From a virus (Duplodnaviria; Caudoviricetes): a stretch of 35,423 nucleotides of DNA. The translations under genes and the position numbers were made by a program. This document shows, piece by piece, positions 8,488 to 17,135 of this stretch (positions are counted from its first letter, which is position 1; every line of letters starts with the position of its first letter). The notes below the pieces were generated by a model. That model saw only the letters and a list, made by a program, of their open reading frames with translations, had not been told where the DNA came from and ran no database searches. The stretch is taken from positions 1 to 35,423 of the IMG/VR virus record IMGVR_UViG_3300024325_000008. One strand, given 5' to 3'.

Positions 8488-9532
8488 GGCCCTGTATAGA
8501 TGGACCACGCCGAGCGGCCCACAAGAGAATGGGATCGGTCTGCAAGTCCATTAACCGATTGTTGATGCGCTTCAGGTTTGCCTTCGCTTCCGATGCCGAT
8601 TGCATGAGCCCGGTATCCATCTGCTGCCCTTCCCTGAACTCAGGGAATAGCTCGATGGCCAGATTGTCACGCATGAACCGATTGTATCCAGGCGGAAGAG
8701 CGATCGTATCGTTCACCGTGTTGAATCGATTCACCTGTTGCGGATAGTAGAGTGCTCCCTGTAGTCCTGTGCCTGTCGCATTCGGCCAGAGTTTCAGTGA
8801 CCCGAGTGCGCCGGTAAATGTCGGGTTGTAATAGGCGTAGAACGGATACGTCGATGTCAGCGACTTGAGCGGAAGTGAGGCTTCGGCATCTTCAGTCAGC
8901 AATGTCAGTTGCAGCTCAAACGGCACTGAAATATTGGCATTGATCCAGTTCACTTGATTGATGAATTGTGGGCGCACGATGTTCACATCGCCACCGAGTC
9001 CGACCGTATAGACAGCCTGGTTTGGGACCAGATTCCACGTCGTGCGTGTCACCGTATACATCGTCAGACGTTCATTACCACAGACGCTATCCACCCAATC
9101 ATTGAAGCGTTCAAAGGCATCGCTCAGCGAATCGCCACTGGGATCTTCGTTTTCCTGAATGACGTTGATTCGACGCATCGCGGCCTTGATCAGGTTCCTG
9201 ACCGTAATCGATGTGCCTCCAGTCGTAGACGCCAAGGCAGCGGCCTGCTGTGGCGTGAGCGTGCCAATCTGCTTTTCAACGGTGAAGGCACCAGAGCCGA
9301 CAAACTGAAACGTGAGCAGTTCGCCATCTGTCTCTGAGGCTGATGGGTTGTAGCTATAGCCTCCGCGACCATCTGAACTGCAGACGCCACCATTGACCGT
9401 GCCGAGTGTGAGTGTTCCTCCGTCTTGCTTGACATAGACCGTGACACTGCCGGCATAGTCGGCGCCTGTCGAAATCGTGGTGAGCTGCGCCGTGACTCCA
9501 GTCCATGCCGTTGCGCGAATAGGAAAGGCCAT
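8456..9532 (-). CDS. Head-to-tail adaptor (P22 gp4-like) with extra N-terminal beta domain; C-terminus possibly frameshifted
   Basis: TVRNLIKAAMRRINVIQENEDPSGDSLSDAFERFNDWVDS and LPPGYNRFMRDNLAIEL are adaptor motifs, preceded by about 105 aa of Ig-like sequence. Confidence 0.8.
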   Translation of the reverse strand: MAFPIRATAWTGVTAQLTTISTGADYAGSVTVYVKQDGGTLTLGTVNGGVCSSDGRGGYSYNPSASETDGELLTFQFVGSGAFTVEKQIGTLTPQQAAALASTTGGTSITVRNLIKAAMRRINVIQENEDPSGDSLSDAFERFNDWVDSVCGNERLTMYTVTRTTWNLVPNQAVYTVGLGGDVNIVRPQFINQVNWINANISVPFELQLTLLTEDAEASLPLKSLTSTYPFYAYYNPTFTGALGSLKLWPNATGTGLQGALYYPQQVNRFNTVNDTIALPPGYNRFMRDNLAIELFPEFREGQQMDTGLMQSASEAKANLKRINNRLMDLQTDPILLWAARRGPSIQGHEVSGLHWGE

Positions 9533-10566
9533 TATTTAATCCACGGCTGCGGATTGAACGGCACCATCGCGTTCGTCTCCGTATGGAAGGCAATCGGTGG
9601 AGGCGTAATCGTGTCAGTCGGCATCAAGCGAGCGCCTTCTTTCAATCTGAACGTGAATCCTTTCTCTGGCTGCGATCCTCTCAGCATGTCAAGCGTGATC
9701 GGCGCATTGACCTGTGTAGTCTGTGCGAGCGGAAGCGGAATCTTCGCCCCAAGTCTGATACGTGGAGAATCTGGACGATTTCCGGCGAACATATCCGGCG
9801 TCATCTGGACTGGGAATGTCGTCTGTGAATCGGACCAGCCAGTTTTTGGATACGAGAACGCACGATTCCGATCAGGATGGTAGCCCTGCGTCATGTCAAT
9901 CGAGAACTGGACCTGATCTGATGTGAGGAATGTCCCACCTTGATTCTTTGGCGCAAAGGCTCTATTACGGTCAGGCTTGTTCCCAACCATCATGTCGATC
10001 GTGACTGGTGCGAACACTTGCACGAATGTCGGATTCGTGGGGAGATCGATCTTTGGACCGAGCACGGCACGATTGCGATCAGGATGCGACCCGACCACCA
10101 TTTCGACTGAGAAGGCGTCCACTGATGGCAGTATCTGCTGCCCTTGCACTTGCCGCTTGATGATGCGATGCGTAGATGGCTGATAGCCGATGACCTGTTC
10201 GACGCTGAACGGTGTCGTCCCTGACCACGGGAAGAACGATGGTCCTCGACGCGGCGGGAAGCGCAGCGGTGAATCTGGATGATAGCCGATCGTCTGTTCA
10301 ATCGCAGCCGATGTGACATCCGGCTCTCGAGACTGCCAGCCGAGATGAGTAATCTGCGGCACTTTATAGCCGCGATCGGGCTGGTAGCCAGCGGACATCG
10401 ATGAGGTGAATGGCGCATCAACAACGGCTGGAATGTGCAGTGGCAACGGAATGCGTGGCCCAAGCACCTGTCGATTGCGTTCCGGCTGATAGCCAGCAAA
10501 CATCGATGATGTGACAGGAGCTTGGTCATTGACACTTGGGCCAACTGGACGAGCATGTTGACTCAT
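9532..10566 (-). CDS. Pro-rich repeat protein (9 copies of a G-[YSN]-x-P-[DES] repeat), unknown function
   Basis: 344-aa ORF coupled to its neighbours, with regular internal repeats. Confidence 0.8.
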   Translation of the reverse strand: MSQHARPVGPSVNDQAPVTSSMFAGYQPERNRQVLGPRIPLPLHIPAVVDAPFTSSMSAGYQPDRGYKVPQITHLGWQSREPDVTSAAIEQTIGYHPDSPLRFPPRRGPSFFPWSGTTPFSVEQVIGYQPSTHRIIKRQVQGQQILPSVDAFSVEMVVGSHPDRNRAVLGPKIDLPTNPTFVQVFAPVTIDMMVGNKPDRNRAFAPKNQGGTFLTSDQVQFSIDMTQGYHPDRNRAFSYPKTGWSDSQTTFPVQMTPDMFAGNRPDSPRIRLGAKIPLPLAQTTQVNAPITLDMLRGSQPEKGFTFRLKEGARLMPTDTITPPPIAFHTETNAMVPFNPQPWIK

Positions 10567-10567
10567 A

Positions 10568-11788
10568 TCAATACATCACGTTCTGGACACGCGGCCCTTT
10601 AGCCGCTGCGAGCATGGGCGGAATCACATCCACAAATGCAGCAGCAGCATTCCCCATTGCCAAATAGAGCACTTCACGCGCCGTTGCATCCGCCGTCGTG
10701 TAATTCAGCGTGAACCCGTCGCTGTCGAGTGACGTGAGATCGGCAATCCCCTGAGCGGTAGGCGTGCCGTCATCCGCGTAGGCGAGATAGATTTTTGTGC
10801 GGTTCAGCACATCCCCAGGGAAGTTCCCAGAACTGTAGAGCAAGGCTCCGCGTGAGGTGCTACTACTCCCCGCGCCAGTCATCTGATAGAGTGTGCCGCC
10901 GCCATCCAGTCCCGCGCCCGCCGTCTGTCCGGTGCTGTAATACAACAGCCCTTTCGGCGCAAAGCCGACGCCGGTCGTGGCCTGACTTCCCGTGCTGGTT
11001 TTTTGGGTGAAGGCTTTCACCGCATAACTGCCGCCTTTTAGCCCCAAGGCAAATATGGTGTGCGTGTTGGCATTTGCGGTCGTCCAATTCAGCGTGAAGC
11101 CATCGCTATCCAGCGACACCAGATCCGCCTCGCAGCGGATTGAACTACCACCATCAATGTTGCAGTAGACTTTGTTGGTTTTCTGGATGCGCCCGCCGGT
11201 CGTCGCATTGCCCGCATACGCATTCGTGCCGCGTGAGGTGCTCGACACCCCAAGCCCGTAGACATTCGAGCGATTCGATGCCGAGGTGTCGACCCCGTAG
11301 AAATAGACGGCATCTGGATTGAACCCCATCCCAGTTGTGGCCTGATTTCCGGTCGATGCTCCAGACGTGAACGAGACAATATTCGCGTTGGTGATGTCGG
11401 CGCCTCCGAGTGCCAGAAAGTTGATCACAAACGCCGTCGCATTCGCCGTCGTGAAATTGACGGTGAAGCCGTCCGCATCCATCGAGACAAAATCCGCCGC
11501 ATACGTCGTCGTTGCGCCAGTAATGCGTTTGATGCACTTCGTCGTATCGACAGATACCGCCGTGGAGCCTGTGCCATCATCGCTGTTTGTCATGGCATCG
11601 CGCTTCGTGCTCGACACGGCCCGGCCCCAGAAAATCCCAAGCTTGCTATTGTCGGAAATCGCCGCATCGGCGGATTGCCCATTCCCCCAGAACAGCACCA
11701 CCAGCGGTTGAAAGCCTACGCCGGTCGTCGCTTTGTTGCCGGTCGCTGCCGGCACCGTGAGCGATCCGGTAAACGTCGAGAACGCCAT
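10568..11788 (-). CDS. Virion structural protein with three ~125-aa beta repeats
   Basis: TG[NS][KQ]ATTG[VM]GF.P three times and AD[FL][VT]S[ML]D[AS]DGFT[VL]N[FWY]TT three times; rich in Thr/Gly/Ala. Confidence 0.75.
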   Translation of the reverse strand: MAFSTFTGSLTVPAATGNKATTGVGFQPLVVLFWGNGQSADAAISDNSKLGIFWGRAVSSTKRDAMTNSDDGTGSTAVSVDTTKCIKRITGATTTYAADFVSMDADGFTVNFTTANATAFVINFLALGGADITNANIVSFTSGASTGNQATTGMGFNPDAVYFYGVDTSASNRSNVYGLGVSSTSRGTNAYAGNATTGGRIQKTNKVYCNIDGGSSIRCEADLVSLDSDGFTLNWTTANANTHTIFALGLKGGSYAVKAFTQKTSTGSQATTGVGFAPKGLLYYSTGQTAGAGLDGGGTLYQMTGAGSSSTSRGALLYSSGNFPGDVLNRTKIYLAYADDGTPTAQGIADLTSLDSDGFTLNYTTADATAREVLYLAMGNAAAAFVDVIPPMLAAAKGPRVQNVMY

Positions 11789-12504
11789 CAGGCGCTCTGC
11801 GCCGTGAAATTGCGGAACCCGTAATCGCTCGGCGAACCCAGAGTCCCGTTATACCAATGCGCCATGCCTGGAGCCCCGTAGGCATACACGGCATCAGTGA
11901 GCGACAGCACTGAGGTGAAGATGGATGCTCCGACTGGCTTGATTGAATAGGTCAATGTCGTCCCGACGATGCTGAGCATCATCGTGTCATTATCGCTCAG
12001 CCCTGGACCGAGAATCGTATTATCCGGCAGATTGGGACCACCAAGCGGAGATCCGGCGAAGTGTGCAGCCGGCCCAGTCGCGATCGAGATGTCTCCATCC
12101 CAGCGAGAGAGCTGCACGTATCGTGTCCCATCTGTTTGACAGCGCACATTGACGCCATAGCCATAAAACAGACCGTTCAACAATCGGCAGCGCACCCGCA
12201 GTTCAAGTTCTTCGTAGGTATCAGTTGGTCCATTGCCAGTCTGTTGATTGATGGTTTTCACTTGCGCGATGACACGTTGATCATTCGGCCACGAACCAAT
12301 GAGAATCGCCGTCGAATCGCCTGGCGGTTGCACATTTCCAGTCTGTGTCCCATAAGCCAGACCAGAGACGGTCTGCATATTGGCGAGCCAGCCATGCCCA
12401 ACCGACAACCCATTCAACCACTGTCCTCCTTCAGAAATCGGGTTCTCTGTCGCCGGAAATGACGTAGTGTAATGATTCAGGAAATCTGGAGCGCAAGCAA
12501 ACAT
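11788..12504 (-). CDS. Putative virion-associated beta-sandwich (lectin-like) protein
   Basis: YTTSFPATENPISEGGQW...GAPGM..W...DYGFRNFTA; beta-rich; in the structural block. Confidence 0.55.
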   Translation of the reverse strand: MFACAPDFLNHYTTSFPATENPISEGGQWLNGLSVGHGWLANMQTVSGLAYGTQTGNVQPPGDSTAILIGSWPNDQRVIAQVKTINQQTGNGPTDTYEELELRVRCRLLNGLFYGYGVNVRCQTDGTRYVQLSRWDGDISIATGPAAHFAGSPLGGPNLPDNTILGPGLSDNDTMMLSIVGTTLTYSIKPVGASIFTSVLSLTDAVYAYGAPGMAHWYNGTLGSPSDYGFRNFTAQSA

Positions 12505-12773
12505 CAGACTTCTCGAGCCTGAAGGCTTTCAGGATGAAAATCCGTGCAAAACGTCCGGCACACAGGGTTCTCGCACACCTTCGCGTTATGCTTCACACAC
12601 CGAAAATACAACCCTTTGCGAGAGACGAAGTGCCCTCCGCAGTGCGGGCATTGCAGCGTCGTAGCCACTTCCTTGCCATTGACAATGACGAGTCCATGTG
12701 CATGCCGTTCATGCTTCGCATCGGCATATTCAGAGACATCATCGACAGACTTCGGAAGCCAGATCCCCATCAT
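12504..12773 (-). CDS. Small Cys-rich zinc-binding protein
   Basis: TLQCPHCGGHF...CVKHNAKVC..PVC..FC; overlaps its neighbours' start/stop codons. Confidence 0.7.
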   Translation of the reverse strand: MMGIWLPKSVDDVSEYADAKHERHAHGLVIVNGKEVATTLQCPHCGGHFVSRKGLYFRCVKHNAKVCENPVCRTFCTDFHPESLQAREV

Positions 12774-13375
12774 TGTGCTCGTGTCTGAAGCGCTCGCCCT
12801 TGCTGCACATGCTGCCCATCATCCGCATCGAGATGAATCACGGCTGGCGAGACATTCGTCGCTGACCATTCCATCGCATTGTTCTTATCTTCGCGCAGTT
12901 CTCCAGACATATCTGGGAGAGGCGCATTCGGATAGACGCGATGATATGCGGCGAGATAGCATTCTCGGCAGATGGCTTTCTGCATCGGCATCACGCCTTT
13001 GTGATTGCAATGCTCACCGACGATGCTCACGGACGTATACTTACCTTCACTCTCAGGTGAAACGAATCCCAGCTTGGCATTGAGATAGGGCGGCATGTTC
13101 TGCCAGCAATCTTCGCAGACACGCTGCGCTCCCTGCACGCCACTCGGCATGAGGAAGTGCCGATACCAGAACCCATCGGCAGACTGATAGACATCATCTG
13201 GCGGCTCATTCTCAGCGACGATGACTCCCTGAGTCTGGTTCATATCGGATGGATGGGCACTGAGCGTCAGCGTCCCGTCTGGACGATAGACACGCTGCAC
13301 ACCATCCGCGCCAATCTCAAAGCGGTAGCCAAACGATGACATCAACTCTTTGATCAGATTGAGTTCAGTGATCAT
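12770..13375 (-). CDS. Hypothetical protein with two CxxC motifs
   Basis: CEDC and CREC; TGATG overlap supports a start at 13375. Confidence 0.6.
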   Translation of the reverse strand: MITELNLIKELMSSFGYRFEIGADGVQRVYRPDGTLTLSAHPSDMNQTQGVIVAENEPPDDVYQSADGFWYRHFLMPSGVQGAQRVCEDCWQNMPPYLNAKLGFVSPESEGKYTSVSIVGEHCNHKGVMPMQKAICRECYLAAYHRVYPNAPLPDMSGELREDKNNAMEWSATNVSPAVIHLDADDGQHVQQGRALQTRAQ

Positions 13376-13752
13376 CAGAGCGCCCCACTGCATCGAATGG
13401 CCACGAACCACCGCCGCGTTTCATCGGTGCCTTCTGGCTGTTTGTGGAAGGCGATTCGATTGTTGAACCAGACCACGTCAAACGGCTCGATTGGGAACAG
13501 TTCGCCAGAGCTTGAGCGAAGATTCGTCGGCATCTCACTGGACCAGATCACCATATGATCGGTTGTGCCGGCTGGCCCGCCTCCGTCTTGATGCCACGCG
13601 AGATTGTCAGGATTTGGTGCTGCTGCACGATCGTGTGGGACACGCACGCTGATACGTTCCTTCCGACAACAGGCCGGAAGGAACGGCAGCGCTCGAAACT
13701 CACGCTCGATGCGATCCTCTTGGTATTCGCCAGGTTCGAATCGACCGAGCAC
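13375..13752 (-). CDS. Minimal 2OG-Fe(II) oxygenase/cupin-like protein
   Basis: WHQD (HxD), distal FHKQP His and RRWFV Arg in double-stranded beta-helix spacing. GTG start at 13752 chosen to avoid overlap with the upstream gene. Confidence 0.55.
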   Translation of the reverse strand: MLGRFEPGEYQEDRIEREFRALPFLPACCRKERISVRVPHDRAAAPNPDNLAWHQDGGGPAGTTDHMVIWSSEMPTNLRSSSGELFPIEPFDVVWFNNRIAFHKQPEGTDETRRWFVAIRCSGAL

Positions 13753-13762
13753 GCACGCTTCG

Positions 13763-14218
13763 CTATTCGTCGTAGCCGATGTCGAAGACGCCATTGAATG
13801 CCGATGAGACGACAACAGACATCAGAGCCATGCCCTTACCAGTGCCAGCCTGCGTTCTCAGGAGCTTCGTGTAATCGTAGGCTACCCAGCGATACGTCGC
13901 TCTCTGATGCTGCGCCCATTGCAGAATCTGCGAGCTGGCCGTAATCGTCGGATTAATGTTCCACGCCGTGTCGAACGTGGACAGTGCCGCCTGCGTCACG
14001 TTCTGATCGACGGCATTCGCCGTGACGCTGGTCGAAGACGTGCCGCGAGCCGAGGCTCGGAAGATTGCATACTTCACGGCGTTGTCAGCCGACGCATCCG
14101 ATCCGGCATTGATCTCGTAAATGCCGATCTGATTCGTCGCTGTCGCCATGCCGCAAATCATCGGGACCGTGGCTGACGCGGTATTCGTGGCGTTGGAGTT
14201 GACTGAAAAGCTCGCCAT
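13763..14218 (-). CDS. Putative virion beta-sandwich protein
   Basis: Ala/Thr/Ser-rich; ends FDIGYDE like its neighbouring putative paralogs; GGAG RBS. Confidence 0.65.
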   Translation of the reverse strand: MASFSVNSNATNTASATVPMICGMATATNQIGIYEINAGSDASADNAVKYAIFRASARGTSSTSVTANAVDQNVTQAALSTFDTAWNINPTITASSQILQWAQHQRATYRWVAYDYTKLLRTQAGTGKGMALMSVVVSSAFNGVFDIGYDE

Positions 14219-14230
14219 CTATCGAGTCTC

Positions 14231-14758
14231 CTAATAAAGGGGAACTTCTTCCCAAATGAGGCCACACTGAATCACCGCGGTGGACAGTGTGGCAGAACCT
14301 GCGAGCGATACCCATCCGCCTGGTGGAACGGTAATCATCCGATTGAGCGGCGTCCATGACATCGTGGATTCACTGACCGTCAGAGCCCCGGTCGTGATCT
14401 GTGCCAGCGGAAAGAAGAACGTGCCGGCATTCGTAGGCGTGCCGACACGATAGGCAGTGCAGGACGACTTCACGCCACCAATAAACAGGTTTGCTGTGCT
14501 GTCAATGGCCGTCGTGCTGCCTGGAGCGGCTGTCTGGCCTACCGCCCCGGTTAGACCCAAAGCTCCTGCCGCTGTCGATGCTGTTGTGACCGCAAAGCCT
14601 ACCGCAATCAGCCGCGCATTCACATTCACTGAACCGTTCCATAGTAGAGGCCCACCAGTTCCTGCTGCGGTCGAGAAGATGACTGGAGCCGTGACAATGG
14701 CTTGCGCGACATAGAGCCTCTTGTTGAGGCTGGCGTCTCCGAAATAGAGATCATCCAT
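14231..14758 (-). CDS. Putative virion beta-sandwich protein
   Basis: LLWNGSVNVNARL...ITVPPGGWVSL...GLIWEEVP pattern. Confidence 0.65.
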   Translation of the reverse strand: MDDLYFGDASLNKRLYVAQAIVTAPVIFSTAAGTGGPLLWNGSVNVNARLIAVGFAVTTASTAAGALGLTGAVGQTAAPGSTTAIDSTANLFIGGVKSSCTAYRVGTPTNAGTFFFPLAQITTGALTVSESTMSWTPLNRMITVPPGGWVSLAGSATLSTAVIQCGLIWEEVPLY

Positions 14759-14761
14759 GTG

Positions 14762-15316
14762 CTATTCCGATGGAATCTCTACCGCTTCGACACCCTTCGC
14801 GGGCCGTCCACGCTTCCGCTTCGGCTGCACATCGAGGATGTGTGCGCTGGTGGACTGATCGGCCTGCCTGAACTCTTCGCGGGCCTTCTCGCCCATCCTC
14901 GCCACTTGGTAGTGAACCCGTGCCGCCTCTTCAGCCATCGCGGCATACTGCTGTTCGGCGCGTTCCAGTGCTTCGGTCTGGAGATCGCACCAACCCTGCC
15001 CCTTGGCTTTCAGATGCTCATCTTCGTTCTGCACGATCTTCTGACACTGCCGATTGAACCCCTCAACGAAGTTCGTATCGCGCTCGAGATCCTGCATGTT
15101 CGTATAGAGCCACGGCGCCGGCTGAACCTCTCCAACGGACACTTTGCCTGTCTTTGGATTCGTCGTCGCCTTGAACAGCATCTTGGGATAGGGCCGGAAG
15201 ACGTAGGGATTCCCTGGCTTGAAATCCCCGTCCGGCGTCATCGCATACATCGTGTTGTGCTGCTCCCACTTTCGGAGTTCATCAGCCGATGCACCTGACG
15301 GATTGTGAATGATCAT
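14762..15316 (-). CDS. Head-module protein with basic AT-hook-like C-terminus
   Basis: YPKMLF, IVQNEDE..KGQGW and C-terminal PKRKRGRPAK; AGAGG RBS before ATG 15316. Confidence 0.65.
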   Translation of the reverse strand: MIIHNPSGASADELRKWEQHNTMYAMTPDGDFKPGNPYVFRPYPKMLFKATTNPKTGKVSVGEVQPAPWLYTNMQDLERDTNFVEGFNRQCQKIVQNEDEHLKAKGQGWCDLQTEALERAEQQYAAMAEEAARVHYQVARMGEKAREEFRQADQSTSAHILDVQPKRKRGRPAKGVEAVEIPSE

Positions 15317-15324
15317 GAATCCTC

Positions 15325-15774
15325 TTAACTGGGAGTCGTCAGCGTGTATTGACGCACACCGAGCGCTCCTGGGAATTGCACATTCGTGATCAACTGCCAC
15401 GAACGATCTTGCGCACCGTCACCGCTGTCATTGCCCTGCACGGTCCAGACGTTTCCGTTGATCACATTGATGTGCGGCAGGACATAGACACCAACTGGAG
15501 GGACACCAACGGGATCGCTTTCGTAGAGTTGATTCGGCTGCGCGATCCAGACGGTTTCCAGCGGCGAGTGTGCCCGCGTGGCCGTGCCTTCATAGCCACG
15601 ACGCACATGCACGCCACTGTTGATGCTATCGATGTAGGCCACATCCAGAAGTTCACGATTGGCAAAGAGCACGCTATTCGGCGTGACTCCAGATGTGCTC
15701 GCGAGATAGACAATCGTGTCTCCCGCGAGCACAGGCTGCGTGAATGTCGTGCTGGCCAGATTCACTGTGGCCAT
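15325..15774 (-). CDS. Putative capsid decoration protein (RGxxGT-A-AH domain)
   Basis: Aligns by eye with the N-domain of 16496..17131 (E-x-M/L..V.RG.[DE]G[ST]..AH). Confidence 0.6.
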   Translation of the reverse strand: MATVNLASTTFTQPVLAGDTIVYLASTSGVTPNSVLFANRELLDVAYIDSINSGVHVRRGYEGTATRAHSPLETVWIAQPNQLYESDPVGVPPVGVYVLPHINVINGNVWTVQGNDSGDGAQDRSWQLITNVQFPGALGVRQYTLTTPS

Positions 15775-15777
15775 TCG

Positions 15778-16494
15778 TTACCTCTCCCACCATCCCATTT
15801 CAAATTCAAAGGTCATGGCGGTCGTTGCACCAGACGGCGAAGTCTGGACGAGTCCGAAATTGCCGCCAGGGCCGATGACGATCGGCGGTCCACCTGTCGC
15901 GACCTGTGCGACCGTCGTCACCTGTGAGTAGGATGCGGCGAACAGTCCACCACCGAAGGTGAAGTGATACTGGTCCAGCGCGATGCCAATGCTGGGACGA
16001 GTCTCACGCGACATCACCTTACGCGAAGAGGTGAAGGCCGTCACGACGGCGCCGGCTTCAATAACGGCGCCAGTCGTATTCGTGGAATTGCTACGGACGT
16101 TATTCTTGTTCGCAGCTCCGATCACCGTGCCGCCAGAACTGAAGGCTGTGGAGCCTTTGTTATCGATATAGGCGGCAAAGTAGACCTGCGTAGCCGATGC
16201 GTTCGCTACCGTTGTCGCGATCGTGATGTAGTCCAAGTAGATGTCAAGCGTTCCACCGTTGAAGAGATGGATGATCGACTTGGTATCGGTATCAGCAATC
16301 GCTGGCGCTGCATGCGCAGTGAGCTGCGTGCCAATGGTCGCATTGGTCGCGGTATAATAACTCCCCTCATCGGCCATTGAGACTCGGCCAATCCCGTAGG
16401 GAATGACTCCCGCTTCTGAATACGAACCCGCACGAGTCGGGGTCGCTGTCGTGGTGCCGTCTTGATTCTTTCCGGGGCGGAGTTTGGCAAACAT
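15778..16494 (-). CDS. Putative virion beta-sandwich protein
   Basis: ADEGSYYTATN, LFNGG...IYLDYI, PIVIGPGG...FEMGWWER. Confidence 0.65.
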   Translation of the reverse strand: MFAKLRPGKNQDGTTTATPTRAGSYSEAGVIPYGIGRVSMADEGSYYTATNATIGTQLTAHAAPAIADTDTKSIIHLFNGGTLDIYLDYITIATTVANASATQVYFAAYIDNKGSTAFSSGGTVIGAANKNNVRSNSTNTTGAVIEAGAVVTAFTSSRKVMSRETRPSIGIALDQYHFTFGGGLFAASYSQVTTVAQVATGGPPIVIGPGGNFGLVQTSPSGATTAMTFEFEMGWWER

Positions 16495-16495
16495 G

Positions 16496-17131
16496 TTACG
16501 CGATGCCTCCGGTGACCTTCGTCACAGTGCCCGTCCAGCCTGGAGCGGATGGGACGTTCCATGTGCCGCCAGCCGCGATGACATGAATGCACAACTGCGC
16601 TCCAGCGGCCACGGTCAGGGCGGTATAGCCAGAACCGACGCCACCGAGACCGCCTGTGAACGTCGGAACGTGAGCCGCCACCGTGGTGCTCACGAGCCAG
16701 AGTTCCGTGCCGTCCATGTCTTTGGTCGGGACAGGAATCGTGATCGTGGCCGCACTGGTCGAGTTGACGATCACACGCATATCCGTTCCAGCGGGAGGAA
16801 GCGTCAGCGTGAGCGTCGTGGCAGTGGTGCTCGTCACCTGAACGGGACGTGCTACTGCATAGGTGACAATCGTCTGCGGAGCTGGAAGGGCGAAATCTGA
16901 CGCGAGTCCATGCTTGACGGCGGCGGTGACGACGTGTGCTGCCGTGGCTGAACCATCACGTCCACGCAGGACCGGAATCGTCGTGCCGGTCGTATAGCTC
17001 TGCGCGATCTGCATCACTTCCTGATCGATCAGGACGAGACGCCCAGCCGCCGCACTGGCCGCTGAGGCGACGACAATGACGTTATCCGTCAGGGCGACAG
17101 CCGATGAGAGGGTTGTATTTGCGAAAGCCAT
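16496..17131 (-). CDS. Putative capsid decoration/cement protein
   Basis: Directly downstream of the coat gene; two small Thr/Ala-rich beta domains. Confidence 0.65.
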   Translation of the reverse strand: MAFANTTLSSAVALTDNVIVVASAASAAAGRLVLIDQEVMQIAQSYTTGTTIPVLRGRDGSATAAHVVTAAVKHGLASDFALPAPQTIVTYAVARPVQVTSTTATTLTLTLPPAGTDMRVIVNSTSAATITIPVPTKDMDGTELWLVSTTVAAHVPTFTGGLGGVGSGYTALTVAAGAQLCIHVIAAGGTWNVPSAPGWTGTVTKVTGGIA

Positions 17132-17135
17132 TGGA

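Noticed and set aside
9532-10566. Repeats as a CRISPR array, DGR template or RiPP precursor
   Set aside because: Repeats are degenerate at the DNA level; no cas, reverse transcriptase or clear maturase/peptidase genes in the window.
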